A stretch of 64,000 bases of DNA, taken from NCBI GenBank assembly GCA_016207515.1, contig JACQPN010000005.1, forward strand, positions 12,810 through 76,809, written 5' to 3'. This DNA is from Methanobacteriota archaeon. GTDB taxonomy: Archaea; Thermoplasmatota; SW-10-69-26; JACQPN01. Positions 48,479-57,644 of this stretch are shown here, one piece after another. Position 1 is the first letter of the stretch; the number at the start of each line of letters is the position of its first letter. The translations under genes were made by a program, and so were the position numbers. The notes below the pieces were generated by a model. It searched no databases, was not told the origin of the DNA, and saw nothing but the letters and a program-made list of their open reading frames with translations.

Positions 48479-48654
48479 GCCGCGTCCTCCTCGCTTCGAA
48501 GCCAATCTTCGGCCAAGGTCGACTCCGCGAGGAGGGTAGTGGCGGTCACGTGGTGCTTGCGGGACTTCAGGAACGCGAGAACGTCGAGGAGCACGGGCTC
48601 CGGGACGTCGGCGAGTTCACGGAGCAGATCATCACGGGCGTTCATCGTGTCCAT
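48463..48654 (-). CDS. DUF2281-like antitoxin
   Basis: PEPVLLDVLAFL...ESTLAEDWLRSEEDAAWADL; overlaps the MazF start. Confidence 0.8.
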   Translation of the reverse strand: MDTMNARDDLLRELADVPEPVLLDVLAFLKSRKHHVTATTLLAESTLAEDWLRSEEDAAWADL

Positions 48655-48794
48655 AGAGTGGACCTTGGGCGTATATGGCTTTGTGGATGGAGGAGGCCGC
48701 TGATGGCTTGGTCTTTTTCATGGGATGGACGCCGAAAGTACGATGCCCAAGCGGCTTGGGGTGCCTTTATTCTCCCTTCGTTCGTTTCCTAGCC

Positions 48795-49280
48795 GTGTCC
48801 CCCAAGCGCGCCCCCCGGAAATCGACGACGAAATCCGCCAACCGCACTTCGCCGCCAAAGCGGCGCCAATCCAAACGTGCGGGATCGAAACGCGCCACCG
48901 GGCGTGCCGGGACGGCCCAAAAGGGCGACGCCGACGTCCTCGTCCGCGCGTTCATTGCGTCACTCCCCCCGTGGCAACGAGGCATTGCAGAGCGCTTCGA
49001 CAAGCTTGTCGCGCGGGAAGTCCCGGGCGTGAAGAGAGCGATGAAGTGGAGCGCCCCATTCTACGGTCTCGAAGGCCGGGGCTGGTTCGCCGCGTTCGGG
49101 GCGTTCAAGGCACATGTGAAGGTCAATTTCTTCAAGGGGACGTCGCTGAAGCCGGTGCCGCCGAGGGGGGAGAGCGGGAACACGCGGGCTGTGGACCTAC
49201 GGAGCCTGGAAGAGTACGAGGCGGCGCCGATGAAGGAGTGGGTGAGGCAGGCGGCGAGGTTGCCGGCGTGGGGGGCCTGA
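48795..49280 (+). CDS. DUF1801 (YdhG-like) protein
   Basis: V.AFIASLPPWQ, MKWSAPFYG, VNFFKGTSL, WVRQAA. Confidence 0.8.
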   Translation: MSPKRAPRKSTTKSANRTSPPKRRQSKRAGSKRATGRAGTAQKGDADVLVRAFIASLPPWQRGIAERFDKLVAREVPGVKRAMKWSAPFYGLEGRGWFAAFGAFKAHVKVNFFKGTSLKPVPPRGESGNTRAVDLRSLEEYEAAPMKEWVRQAARLPAWGA

Positions 49281-49652
49281 TCGTTTCGGTTTTTGGCGGT
49301 AGGCGCAAGAGCTGCCTGTTTCCAACCGCCGCCAAGTTTACGCCCGCCATCGAGGTTTTGGCTTCACCCGATTCCGCGCCTCGGCCATCAGTTTGAGAGC
49401 CCCATCGAGTCGTTGCTCCGTCGTCATCGCGCCTACCCGGCGAAAATCTTCGCGGGTCAGTCGCTTGATGTGAGAAATCCAGTGGCCGTCGTCATCGGCG
49501 AGCCAGGGACTTGTGTGGAGACGCAGCCACGCGCATTCGATGCAGCCTTCGCCGCGCAATGAAGAGCGAATCACGCGGACCTACAAGAACGTGACGCTCT
49601 CGCGACCCATGAGTCGGCGCGTATTCCGGGCCCGGCGCCCAAATCGATGGCC

Positions 49653-50600
49653 CTACAGGATGATGTCGATATCCAGCTTCTCCGCCAGCTCCTTGTAACG
49701 GTTGCGTATCGTGACTTCCGTGACGCCCGCCACATCCGCCACCTCTCTCTGCGTCCTGCGTTCGCCGCAAAGGATGCTGCTGATGTAGAGCGCTGCTGCC
49801 GCGACTCCCGTCGGGCCCCTTCCGCTCGTAAGTTCCTTGTCGGCGGCCTGCTTGAGGATCTCCACGGCCTTCGCCTGGATCTCACCGCTCAACTTAAGCT
49901 CCGAGCAGAACCGGGGAATGTAGTCGATGGGGCTCGTCGGCATCAGTTTCAATTTCAACTCACGCGCGATGAAACGGTAAGTGCGCCCGATCTCCTTCCT
50001 TGAGACACGGCTCGCGTCCGCGATCTCATCGAGGGTCCTTGGGACGTTGCACTGCCTGCACGCCGCGTAAAGCGATGCCGCGGCGACACCTTCGATGGAC
50101 CTACCGCGGATGAGGTTCTTTTGGACCGCGCGCCTGTAGACCATTGCCGCCGTCTCACGGACGTTTCGCGGGAGACCCATCCTTGAGGCCATGCGGTCAA
50201 GTTCACTGAGCGCGAAGGCGAGGTTCCGCTCGGTGGCGTTCGAGACGCGTATGCGCCTCTGCCATTTTCTCAACCTGTAGAGTTGGGCCCGGGACTTCGT
50301 GGGGATGTTCTTCCCGTACGAGTCCTTGTTCCTCCAACCTATCTCGGTGGAGAGACCCTTGTCGTGGATAGTGTAGGTCATCGGGGCGCCGACGCGGGCC
50401 CTCTTCTCACGCTGTTCGTGGTCGAAGGCTCTCCACTCGGGGCCTTGGTCGATGAAGTGCTCGTCGAGCACAAGGCCGCAGCTGTCGCAGACCAGTTCGC
50501 CGCGCTCGTAGTCGCGCGACAGGGACTTGCCGCCGCACTCGGGGCATTGACTGATCTCTTCGACTTCCTCGCCTGGCGCTGGCTTGTTCTTTTCGGCCAT
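49653..50600 (-). CDS. tfb: Transcription initiation factor IIB
   Basis: CPECG...CDSCG zinc ribbon, GPEWRAF, two cyclin repeats, [13 protein letters not shown]. Confidence 0.98.
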   Translation of the reverse strand: MAEKNKPAPGEEVEEISQCPECGGKSLSRDYERGELVCDSCGLVLDEHFIDQGPEWRAFDHEQREKRARVGAPMTYTIHDKGLSTEIGWRNKDSYGKNIPTKSRAQLYRLRKWQRRIRVSNATERNLAFALSELDRMASRMGLPRNVRETAAMVYRRAVQKNLIRGRSIEGVAAASLYAACRQCNVPRTLDEIADASRVSRKEIGRTYRFIARELKLKLMPTSPIDYIPRFCSELKLSGEIQAKAVEILKQAADKELTSGRGPTGVAAAALYISSILCGERRTQREVADVAGVTEVTIRNRYKELAEKLDIDIIL

Positions 50601-50605
50601 AGATT

Positions 50606-50830
50606 TCACCTAACGAATAATTCCCGGCCCTGGAGCCGGTGAAGTTGGACACTGCCTTTCGGCGATACGACGACGTACGGGGCCTTGACGGGACCGATGA
50701 GTTCTTGGATACGCCCGACCTCCATGTGCTTGTTGTCTACGACGCGGGCGCCGATACGCGCCCTCACGGAAGAACGGATGACGATGGCACCCTCTCGGGT
50801 GACCTTGTGGACGACACCAAGCGACTCCAT
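50606..50830 (-). CDS. gar1: H/ACA RNP protein Gar1/Naf1
   Basis: IGARVVD...[17 protein letters not shown]; conserved position upstream of tfb. Confidence 0.88.
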   Translation of the reverse strand: MESLGVVHKVTREGAIVIRSSVRARIGARVVDNKHMEVGRIQELIGPVKAPYVVVSPKGSVQLHRLQGRELFVR

Positions 50831-50969
50831 ACCGCACCACGTGGCAACGGGCCGAAAGGCCTATTACCACGAGTCACGTGTAGAATAGCTCTTGTATTTA
50901 AACTTTAGCGTGGGCCTGCTTGATGTTATTTAAATAAACTGCCACACGGCCTTAAATGGGGCGAGAATC

Positions 50970-51227
50970 TGGCGCCTAAAAAGGGTTGCTAATTGGGCCG
51001 AACTTGGGTAGGGTGGCCCCTCCGGATGAGCCCTGAGCGCGGTCGAAACGACCTTCAGCGGCCTCGGGACCACGGGAGCCCGTGAACAACGGAGAGTTTG
51101 GAAATGCCGGTAGCTCGTCGATGCGCGTAAACGCCGCGCCGGCGCCGCCGCCTTTCGCTTCCGTACTCCAGTGCGCACCCTCCGCCCGATCGCAAAGCTT
51201 CTTTTCGGCCACTAAACAAAGGCGCCA
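50970..51227 (+). ncRNA. Candidate structured non-coding RNA, family unknown
   Basis: TATA box 50926-50937; nested helices 50970-77/51220-27, 50996-51002/51204-10, 51004-15/51176-89; internal hairpins. Confidence 0.45.
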
Positions 51228-51305
51228 CGGGAGACACGCACTCGGTCCCCCCCCCATCCCGCTCACTAGCGCACTTTATTTAAAGGGACAATGTTGCGGC
51301 GACCG

Positions 51306-53165
51306 ATGCGCCTCCTCTTCATCCACTCCGACTACATCGAGTACGAGGCCAAGAAACCGGCCCTACGCTCGATCCAAGGGGAGCCGGCCATGCCGAAGGA
51401 CCGGCTGGAGGAGGCACTCGTCGTCTTCTACTCGGTCGAAAAGCCGGATGAGAAGAACATCGATGCCGTCGTCGCGCAGACGGTGAAAGAGATCCAAGAC
51501 GTCACCGGCCAAGTGAAGACGCAGAACGTCGCCCTCTACCCGTACGCGCACCTTTCAAGCGACCTCGCCAAGCCCGACGTCGCGAAAGCGACGGGCGAAA
51601 AACTCGACGCCGCCGTGAAAGCCGTCGGCTACAAGACGATCCACGCGCCGTTCGGCTGGTACAAGAGTTTCAGCCTCAAAGCGAAAGGCCACCCGCTTGC
51701 CGAACTCTCGCGCTCGATAACGATCGACGAGACCGGCGAGCACAAGCCCAAGGAATCCGAAGCACTAAGATCCGAAAAAAAGCTCAAGAGCGAGTGGCAC
51801 GTCCTCACACCGGCCGGCGAGTTGGTGACGGCCGACAAGTTCGATTTCAAGGGCCATGAGGGCCTCGAGCTTCTCTACCGCCATGAAGTCGCAAAAAGCC
51901 GCAAGGCGACGGGGGAACCGCCGCACGTGAAACTCATGCACGAGCTGGAGCTCGTCGATTACGAGCCCGGAAGCGACCAGGGGAATTTCCGTTGGTACCC
52001 GAAGGGCTCGCTCATGAAGCGTCTCCTAGAAAGGCGCGCGTCCGACATGGTCCTCGCTGCGGGAGCGATGCAGGTAGAGACGCCGATCATGTACGACTTC
52101 GCTCACCCGGCCTTGAACAAATACCTTCAGCGGTTCCCGGCGCGCCAGTACACGGTCCAATCGGACGACAAGGAGTTCTTCCTGCGCTTTGCCGCCTGCT
52201 TCGGCCAGTACCTCATCGCCCACGACATGACGGTGAGTTACCGCCACCTGCCTCTCCGGCTCTATGAGCTGACGCACTACTCCTTCCGGCGCGAGCAATC
52301 CGGGGAACTCGCGGGGCTTCGCCGGCTACGGGCGTTCACGATGCCCGACATGCACACCCTTGTGCGAGACACTGCCCAGGCGAAGGAGGAGTTCAAGAAC
52401 CAGTTCAAGTTGTCGATGAATTGGATGGCCGACCTCGGCTTCCAGTACGAGGCCGCCATCCGCTTCGTGCGCCCGTTCTTCGACGAGAACAGGGAGTTCG
52501 CCGTCGAACTTGCGTGCCTTTTGGACCGGCCGGTCTTGATCGAGATGTGGGACGAACGGTTCTTCTACTTCGTGATGAAGTTCGAGTTCAACGTCCCGGA
52601 CACGAGCGGCAAGGCGTCCGCGCTCTCGACCGTGCAAATAGACGTCGAGAACACGGAGCGCTTCGAGATAAGCTACGTGGACGAGACCGGGACCAGGAAC
52701 TTCCCTCTCCTTCTACACTGCTCCGTCTCAGGTTCGATCGACAGGAACGTCTACGCGTTCCTCGAACAGGAGGCGATGAAGATCGCGAAGGGCGGCAAGG
52801 GCACTTACCCGTTCTGGCTTGCGCCGACCCAACTTCGGCTCATCCCCGTAAAGGACGAGTTCCTGCCGACGTGCGAAAGGTTGGCAACATCGCTTCCAGG
52901 CGTCCGTGTCGACGTGGACGACCGCGACGAGGGCGTCTCCCGCAAGATCCGGGACGCGGAAAAGGAATGGGTGCCGCTCATCCTCGTCTACGGCGAGAAA
53001 GAGGCCACCTCCACGAAACTGCCAGTCCGATCGCGCACCGACGGCCAACGCGAGTACACCGTCGAAGAGCTTCACAACCACATCATGAAAGCACAAGGCG
53101 AGATGCCTTGGCTACCGCTGCCTCTCCCGAGGCATCTTTCGAAGCGGCCCGCGTTTCGCGGGTAG
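51306..53165 (+). CDS. thrS: Threonine-tRNA ligase (archaeal type)
   Basis: MRLLFIH, YPYAHLSS, PFGWYK.F, KGHPLAELSR, LRFAACFG, RLRAFTMPDMH. Confidence 0.97.
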   Translation: MRLLFIHSDYIEYEAKKPALRSIQGEPAMPKDRLEEALVVFYSVEKPDEKNIDAVVAQTVKEIQDVTGQVKTQNVALYPYAHLSSDLAKPDVAKATGEKLDAAVKAVGYKTIHAPFGWYKSFSLKAKGHPLAELSRSITIDETGEHKPKESEALRSEKKLKSEWHVLTPAGELVTADKFDFKGHEGLELLYRHEVAKSRKATGEPPHVKLMHELELVDYEPGSDQGNFRWYPKGSLMKRLLERRASDMVLAAGAMQVETPIMYDFAHPALNKYLQRFPARQYTVQSDDKEFFLRFAACFGQYLIAHDMTVSYRHLPLRLYELTHYSFRREQSGELAGLRRLRAFTMPDMHTLVRDTAQAKEEFKNQFKLSMNWMADLGFQYEAAIRFVRPFFDENREFAVELACLLDRPVLIEMWDERFFYFVMKFEFNVPDTSGKASALSTVQIDVENTERFEISYVDETGTRNFPLLLHCSVSGSIDRNVYAFLEQEAMKIAKGGKGTYPFWLAPTQLRLIPVKDEFLPTCERLATSLPGVRVDVDDRDEGVSRKIRDAEKEWVPLILVYGEKEATSTKLPVRSRTDGQREYTVEELHNHIMKAQGEMPWLPLPLPRHLSKRPAFRG

Positions 53166-53417
53166 ACAAAGTGTCGGCGACCCCCTTGACCAAGGGCCGA
53201 GGCATCGCTTTCCGGGTCCTTCGCATCTGACCGGTCGCGACCCGCTCGCCTGTGACCAAACGCCCTCGGGACGTACGCCCGTTTTGCAGCATGTTCCGTT
53301 TTGAACGCGTGCGGCGAGACGTTTGAACACGCCCGCCCGGGCAATCGATATAAATACCGACCGCAATCAAGATTGACAAGGCTTGGCAATGAGGGATGCC
53401 GGCCGGTGGGAAACCCA

Positions 53418-54332
53418 ATGCCCGAACTCAAGGCCTACTTCAACGGACGGTTCGTAGCAGAATCCGAAGCGCGCATTTCCGTGTTCGACCACGGGTTCCT
53501 TTACGGCGACGGCGTCTTCGAAGGGATACGCGCCTACAATGGCCGCGTGTTCAAGCTCGAAGAGCACATCGCCCGCCTCTACGACAGCGCAAAGGCGATC
53601 GCGCTCCAGATCCCGCTCACGCGCGAGGAGATGGCTGAGAAGATCCTCGAGACATTGAGGCTCAACAACCTCCGCGACGCTTACATCCGACCGGTGGTCT
53701 CGCGCGGGATCGGCGACCTCGGCCTTGACCCCAGGAAGTGCGCGACGCCGACCGTGCTCGTCGTCGTGAAACCGCTCATCGACCTCTACGGCGACAAGTA
53801 CGCCAAAGGCCTCACGGTCATCACGGCGGCCACACGTCGCAATTCCCCGGCCGCCTTGAGCCCGAACATCAAGTCGCTGAACTACCTCAACCAGATCCTC
53901 GCCCGTATCGAGGCGAACCTGAGGAACGCCGACGAGGCCCTCATGTTGGACCTCCAGGGCTTCGTCTCGGAGGCGTCGGCGGACAACATCTTCACCGTGA
54001 AGGATGGTGCCGTGATAACGCCGCCCACCTACAATAGCCTGAAGGGGATCACTCGGCAGGCCGTGATCGAGGTCGCCGAGAAGGAAGGCTTCACCATCAA
54101 GGAGGAGCCGATAACGCTCTTTGACGTCTACTCGGCCGACGAGATATTCATCACCGGCACCGCCGCCGAGCTCGCTCCCGTGGTCATCGTCGACGGGCGC
54201 ACTATCGGCTCTGGAAGGCCGGGACGCATAACGACTACACTGATGGCGGCCTTCAAGAGGTTCGCCCAATCGCACGGGACGCCCATCTTCGAGACAGACA
54301 GCGAGCAAGCGCAGGCGAAGGTCCGAAGATAG
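53418..54332 (+). CDS. ilvE: Branched-chain amino acid aminotransferase
   Basis: [32 protein letters not shown]. Confidence 0.95.
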   Translation: MPELKAYFNGRFVAESEARISVFDHGFLYGDGVFEGIRAYNGRVFKLEEHIARLYDSAKAIALQIPLTREEMAEKILETLRLNNLRDAYIRPVVSRGIGDLGLDPRKCATPTVLVVVKPLIDLYGDKYAKGLTVITAATRRNSPAALSPNIKSLNYLNQILARIEANLRNADEALMLDLQGFVSEASADNIFTVKDGAVITPPTYNSLKGITRQAVIEVAEKEGFTIKEEPITLFDVYSADEIFITGTAAELAPVVIVDGRTIGSGRPGRITTTLMAAFKRFAQSHGTPIFETDSEQAQAKVRR

Positions 54333-54350
54333 GCCGCGCAAAGGGTGGCG

Positions 54351-55052
54351 TCAGCCGGGCACGGCGGGTTCTCCAGAGAGGAGCGCCGGCAATCCTTTGA
54401 GGTCTCCCATCCGATGGTCTGGCCTGATGAGGGGATCGTGTGGCAATCCACCTTCACGATCAATCCAACACGTCTGGAGCCCAGCGGCCTTCGCTCCCGC
54501 CACGTCCGCCACAAGCGAGTCGCCCACGTGGAGGATTGCATCGCCCCGCGTCGCCAGGCCGCGCACCGTGAGGTCGAAAATGGGCCGCGCGGGCTTGTAG
54601 CACTTGGCGCCTTCGCTTGTCACGATGACTTTGAAAAGGTCCACGGCACCGTTATGCCGGAGGAGCCCGTCCAACATGCCGATGTCGGCGTTGGACGTTA
54701 TCGCGAGCGGGTAGGCCTTCGAAAGCTCCAACAGGACGGCGAGGGCGTCGGGGTAGGGTTCGGCCTCGTAGTATGAGGCGTTGAGGTCGCGCGCGATCTT
54801 CGCCGCGTCGCGCTCGACGCCCTGTTCTTGGAGAATCGTCGAGATTATCCAATAGTCGCGGTCGTGCATGTTCACAAACGGTCGCGTGAATAGGTCCCTG
54901 ATCAACTCCTCGCGCCTGCGTAGGAGCCCGTCGACCGTCGCCTGCAACCGGTGGCTTTCGATGACTTCGGCGAAGAGGTCGCGAAGGGCCTGCGTGGTCC
55001 CCCGAAAAAGGGTGCCGTACGCGTCGAACGACAGGGCCTCTACCTTTTCCAT
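54351..55052 (-). CDS. HAD-family hydrolase
   Basis: FDAYGTL, TSNAD, KP, HVGDSLVADVAGA. Confidence 0.92.
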   Translation of the reverse strand: MEKVEALSFDAYGTLFRGTTQALRDLFAEVIESHRLQATVDGLLRRREELIRDLFTRPFVNMHDRDYWIISTILQEQGVERDAAKIARDLNASYYEAEPYPDALAVLLELSKAYPLAITSNADIGMLDGLLRHNGAVDLFKVIVTSEGAKCYKPARPIFDLTVRGLATRGDAILHVGDSLVADVAGAKAAGLQTCWIDREGGLPHDPLIRPDHRMGDLKGLPALLSGEPAVPG

Positions 55053-55252
55053 GGGCGGCCATGGGCCTCGTATTAGATACGGGTGTCGAAGGTGCTCACC
55101 GGGCCCGCCGAAGCGTCGAAAACGCCTCGACTACAAACCGCGTCGGAGGAACTCCCGGTCGGACGGCATCGTGTACCCGGAGGCGCCTGGAGGCTCCGGC
55201 TTCGATGGGGCGATGACGAGCAATTAATAGCGCCTTGCCCGTAGGGCCTTCG

Positions 55253-56344
55253 ATGGGCGCAGAGCCACGCTACCTTTACGGGGACGTCTTCGACGGGGAG
55301 CGCTTCCTCGAGGGTTACGTCGGGATATCCGAGGGGAAGGTTGTCGACAGCGGTCGCGGACCGCCCCCCAGGGAGCCACTGGTCAAGGGTGTCGTGCTTC
55401 CGACCTTCACCAACGCCCACACCCACGTGGGCGACATGTTCCTTCGCGGCACGAGCCTCCCAAGAGACCTCAAGGCCGCGGTCGCTCCGCCGGACGGCGT
55501 CAAACACGTGGCCCTGCGAGGCGCTCGTCGCGAGGACGTCGAAAGGGGAATTAGAGGCGCCGTAGAGGAGATGGAGACCAATGGTGTCGGGCGCTTCGTC
55601 GACTTTCGCGAAGGCGGGCTCGATGGCCTCGGAATGCTCGAGAGGGCGGCCGCGGGTTCCAAGGCGACGCGACTCGCGCTTTCCCGTCCGTGCGGCATGG
55701 GTTTCGACCCCGACGAGGTGGATGCCATCCTCGCCGCCTCCGACGGGATCGCGGTCTCGGGGATGGCGGACTACGCCCCCGACGTCCTTTCACGGTTGTC
55801 CCGCGCGGCCCGCGAGCGCCGAAAGATCTTCGCACTCCATGTGAGCGAAGGAGAGCGGGAGGATATCGACGCCGCCCTCGAATTGAGACCGACGTTCCTC
55901 GTGCACATGGCGCATGCCGATCAAAGCGACCTTGAACGTGTCAGCGCCGAAAATGTGCCGGTGGTGCTCTGCCCGCGAAGCAACGCCTACTTCACGAAGG
56001 CGCCCGACCTGGAGGCCTTTGTTCGATCAGGCTTGAGACTTGGCCTTGGGACGGACAATGCGATGCTCAACTCCCTAGACGTCCTGGAGGAGGCTCGATT
56101 CGCCTCGAAACTCGTGCGCCCGGCCAATCGAAGGAGGCTCGTACAGATGTCCACCGCCGGGCCCGGGAAACCCTTAAGTCGTCCGGGCGGCGATAGACCT
56201 ATGGACGTCGGCCTTTCAGCGGACTTCGTGGTTTTCGCAAAGACGGCCAACGACCCGCTCGAATGCCTCTTCGGCGGCAGACCGACGATCCTCGTGAACA
56301 CGCTATTGGAGGAAGCCCGATGGAAGAATACAAACGAATCCTGA
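55253..56344 (+). CDS. Amidohydrolase family protein
   Basis: NAHTHVGD, DFREGG, HVSE, VHM, CPRSN, LGTDN. Confidence 0.9.
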   Translation: MGAEPRYLYGDVFDGERFLEGYVGISEGKVVDSGRGPPPREPLVKGVVLPTFTNAHTHVGDMFLRGTSLPRDLKAAVAPPDGVKHVALRGARREDVERGIRGAVEEMETNGVGRFVDFREGGLDGLGMLERAAAGSKATRLALSRPCGMGFDPDEVDAILAASDGIAVSGMADYAPDVLSRLSRAARERRKIFALHVSEGEREDIDAALELRPTFLVHMAHADQSDLERVSAENVPVVLCPRSNAYFTKAPDLEAFVRSGLRLGLGTDNAMLNSLDVLEEARFASKLVRPANRRRLVQMSTAGPGKPLSRPGGDRPMDVGLSADFVVFAKTANDPLECLFGGRPTILVNTLLEEARWKNTNES

Positions 56345-56745
56345 TCCCGACGGACGGCTCCGAGCGAGTGAAGACGGCCGTGGAGAAAGGCGTCGCCCTG
56401 GCGAGCCTCACCAAGGGTTCGGTGACGGCGCTTTTCGTCGTCGACCAGCAGACGTTCTCGCACCTCGACTACCAATGGGAGGCGATAAACCAGCTTCTGA
56501 CGAAACAGGGCGAGGAAGCGGTCTCTTACGTCGCGGAGCTCGCGGCCGAGGCGAAGGTCCCCATCCGGACCGAGATCGTCTCCGGACACCCCGCGGACGA
56601 GATAGTCAAGGCTGCAAGCCGTCACGACTTAATAGTAATGGGCACTTTGGGGCGCACCGGGCTGGACCACCTGCTCATGGGCTCCGTGGCCGAGAAGGTC
56701 ATGCGGCACGCCCCATGCCCCGTCATGGTCGTCCGGCTCAAATGA
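56320..56745 (+). CDS. Universal stress protein
   Basis: YKRILIPTDGS, GHPADEI, VMGTLGRTG...GSVAEKV. Confidence 0.93.
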   Translation: MEEYKRILIPTDGSERVKTAVEKGVALASLTKGSVTALFVVDQQTFSHLDYQWEAINQLLTKQGEEAVSYVAELAAEAKVPIRTEIVSGHPADEIVKAASRHDLIVMGTLGRTGLDHLLMGSVAEKVMRHAPCPVMVVRLK

Positions 56746-56762
56746 TGCGGAGCGGCGAATCG

Positions 56763-57605
56763 ATGCGCGTTGACGAGCTCATGACGAAGAACCCGATCGT
56801 CGTGGAGGTCCCGGGGACCCGCGACGACGCTTTGAAACTGCTGGCCCACCACTCGGTCTCGGGCGTTCCCGTGGTCAAGGCGAAAACGGGGAAACTCGCA
56901 GGGGTAGTCACGCGATCCGACATCTTCCGCCACAGCGACGAGGAGCAGTTGGCACTCGTCATGACGACGAAGCCCTTCACCATCGGGCCCCGGGATGACG
57001 TCGCCAAGGCCGCGAAGATCTTTTTCGAGAAGCGCATCCACGGCCTCCCGGTCGTGGGTAGCGACTCGGAACTTCTCGGGGTCATCTCCCCGAGCGATAT
57101 CCTGAAAGTCATCGCCGAGAGCTCCAGCAAGAAGACCATCGGCGACCTCGGCACCGCGACGGCGTTCCCGGTCCACACGGCGACACCACTTGCGGTCGTG
57201 TGGGAGATAATGAACCTCAACCACCAGAACGCGCTTCCCGTCCTCGACGACGATGCCGGCCTCGCGGGGATAGTCACCGACAGCGACCTCTTCAAGAAGA
57301 GCCAGGTCGATGACGTCATCAAGAAGTCGAAACTCTCGATAGGGGAGGACGAGGACGCCTGGACGTGGGACAGCCTCCGAAGCATCATGCCCCTGTACCT
57401 ATCGAATTCGAAGGTGAAGCTCCCCAAAGCGGCCGTAAGCGAGGTCATGACGTCCAAGGTCGAGACCGTCTTCACGAGGGCGAGCGTCTCGGAGGCCGCG
57501 AAGAAGATGCGCAAGTTCAAAGTCAACCAATTGCCCATCCTCGACACGCACGATCGCCTCGTCGGGGTCGTGACGGATCTTGACCTCATGCAGGTCATGA
57601 CGTGA
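56763..57605 (+). CDS. CBS domain protein (four CBS domains)
   Basis: Four CBS repeats (SGVPVV, HGLPVV, NALPVL, NQLPIL); WTWD insert. Confidence 0.92.
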   Translation: MRVDELMTKNPIVVEVPGTRDDALKLLAHHSVSGVPVVKAKTGKLAGVVTRSDIFRHSDEEQLALVMTTKPFTIGPRDDVAKAAKIFFEKRIHGLPVVGSDSELLGVISPSDILKVIAESSSKKTIGDLGTATAFPVHTATPLAVVWEIMNLNHQNALPVLDDDAGLAGIVTDSDLFKKSQVDDVIKKSKLSIGEDEDAWTWDSLRSIMPLYLSNSKVKLPKAAVSEVMTSKVETVFTRASVSEAAKKMRKFKVNQLPILDTHDRLVGVVTDLDLMQVMT

Positions 57606-57644
57606 GTCGCCCGCGATCTTAGCGGGAATCGGGGCGTGAACTCG

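Noticed and set aside
49338-49574. Small ORF whose C-terminal half (MTTEQRLDGALKL) resembles antitoxin-like peptides
   Set aside because: No convincing start or RBS and no partner gene; possibly a remnant
51020-51053. Hammerhead ribozyme, T-box, RNase P or SRP identity for the ncRNA candidate
   Set aside because: CGGAUGAG...GAAAC deviates from the CUGANGA core and stem II is poor; no GGTGGNACC T-box, GAGGAA RNase P motif or SRP helix-8 motif
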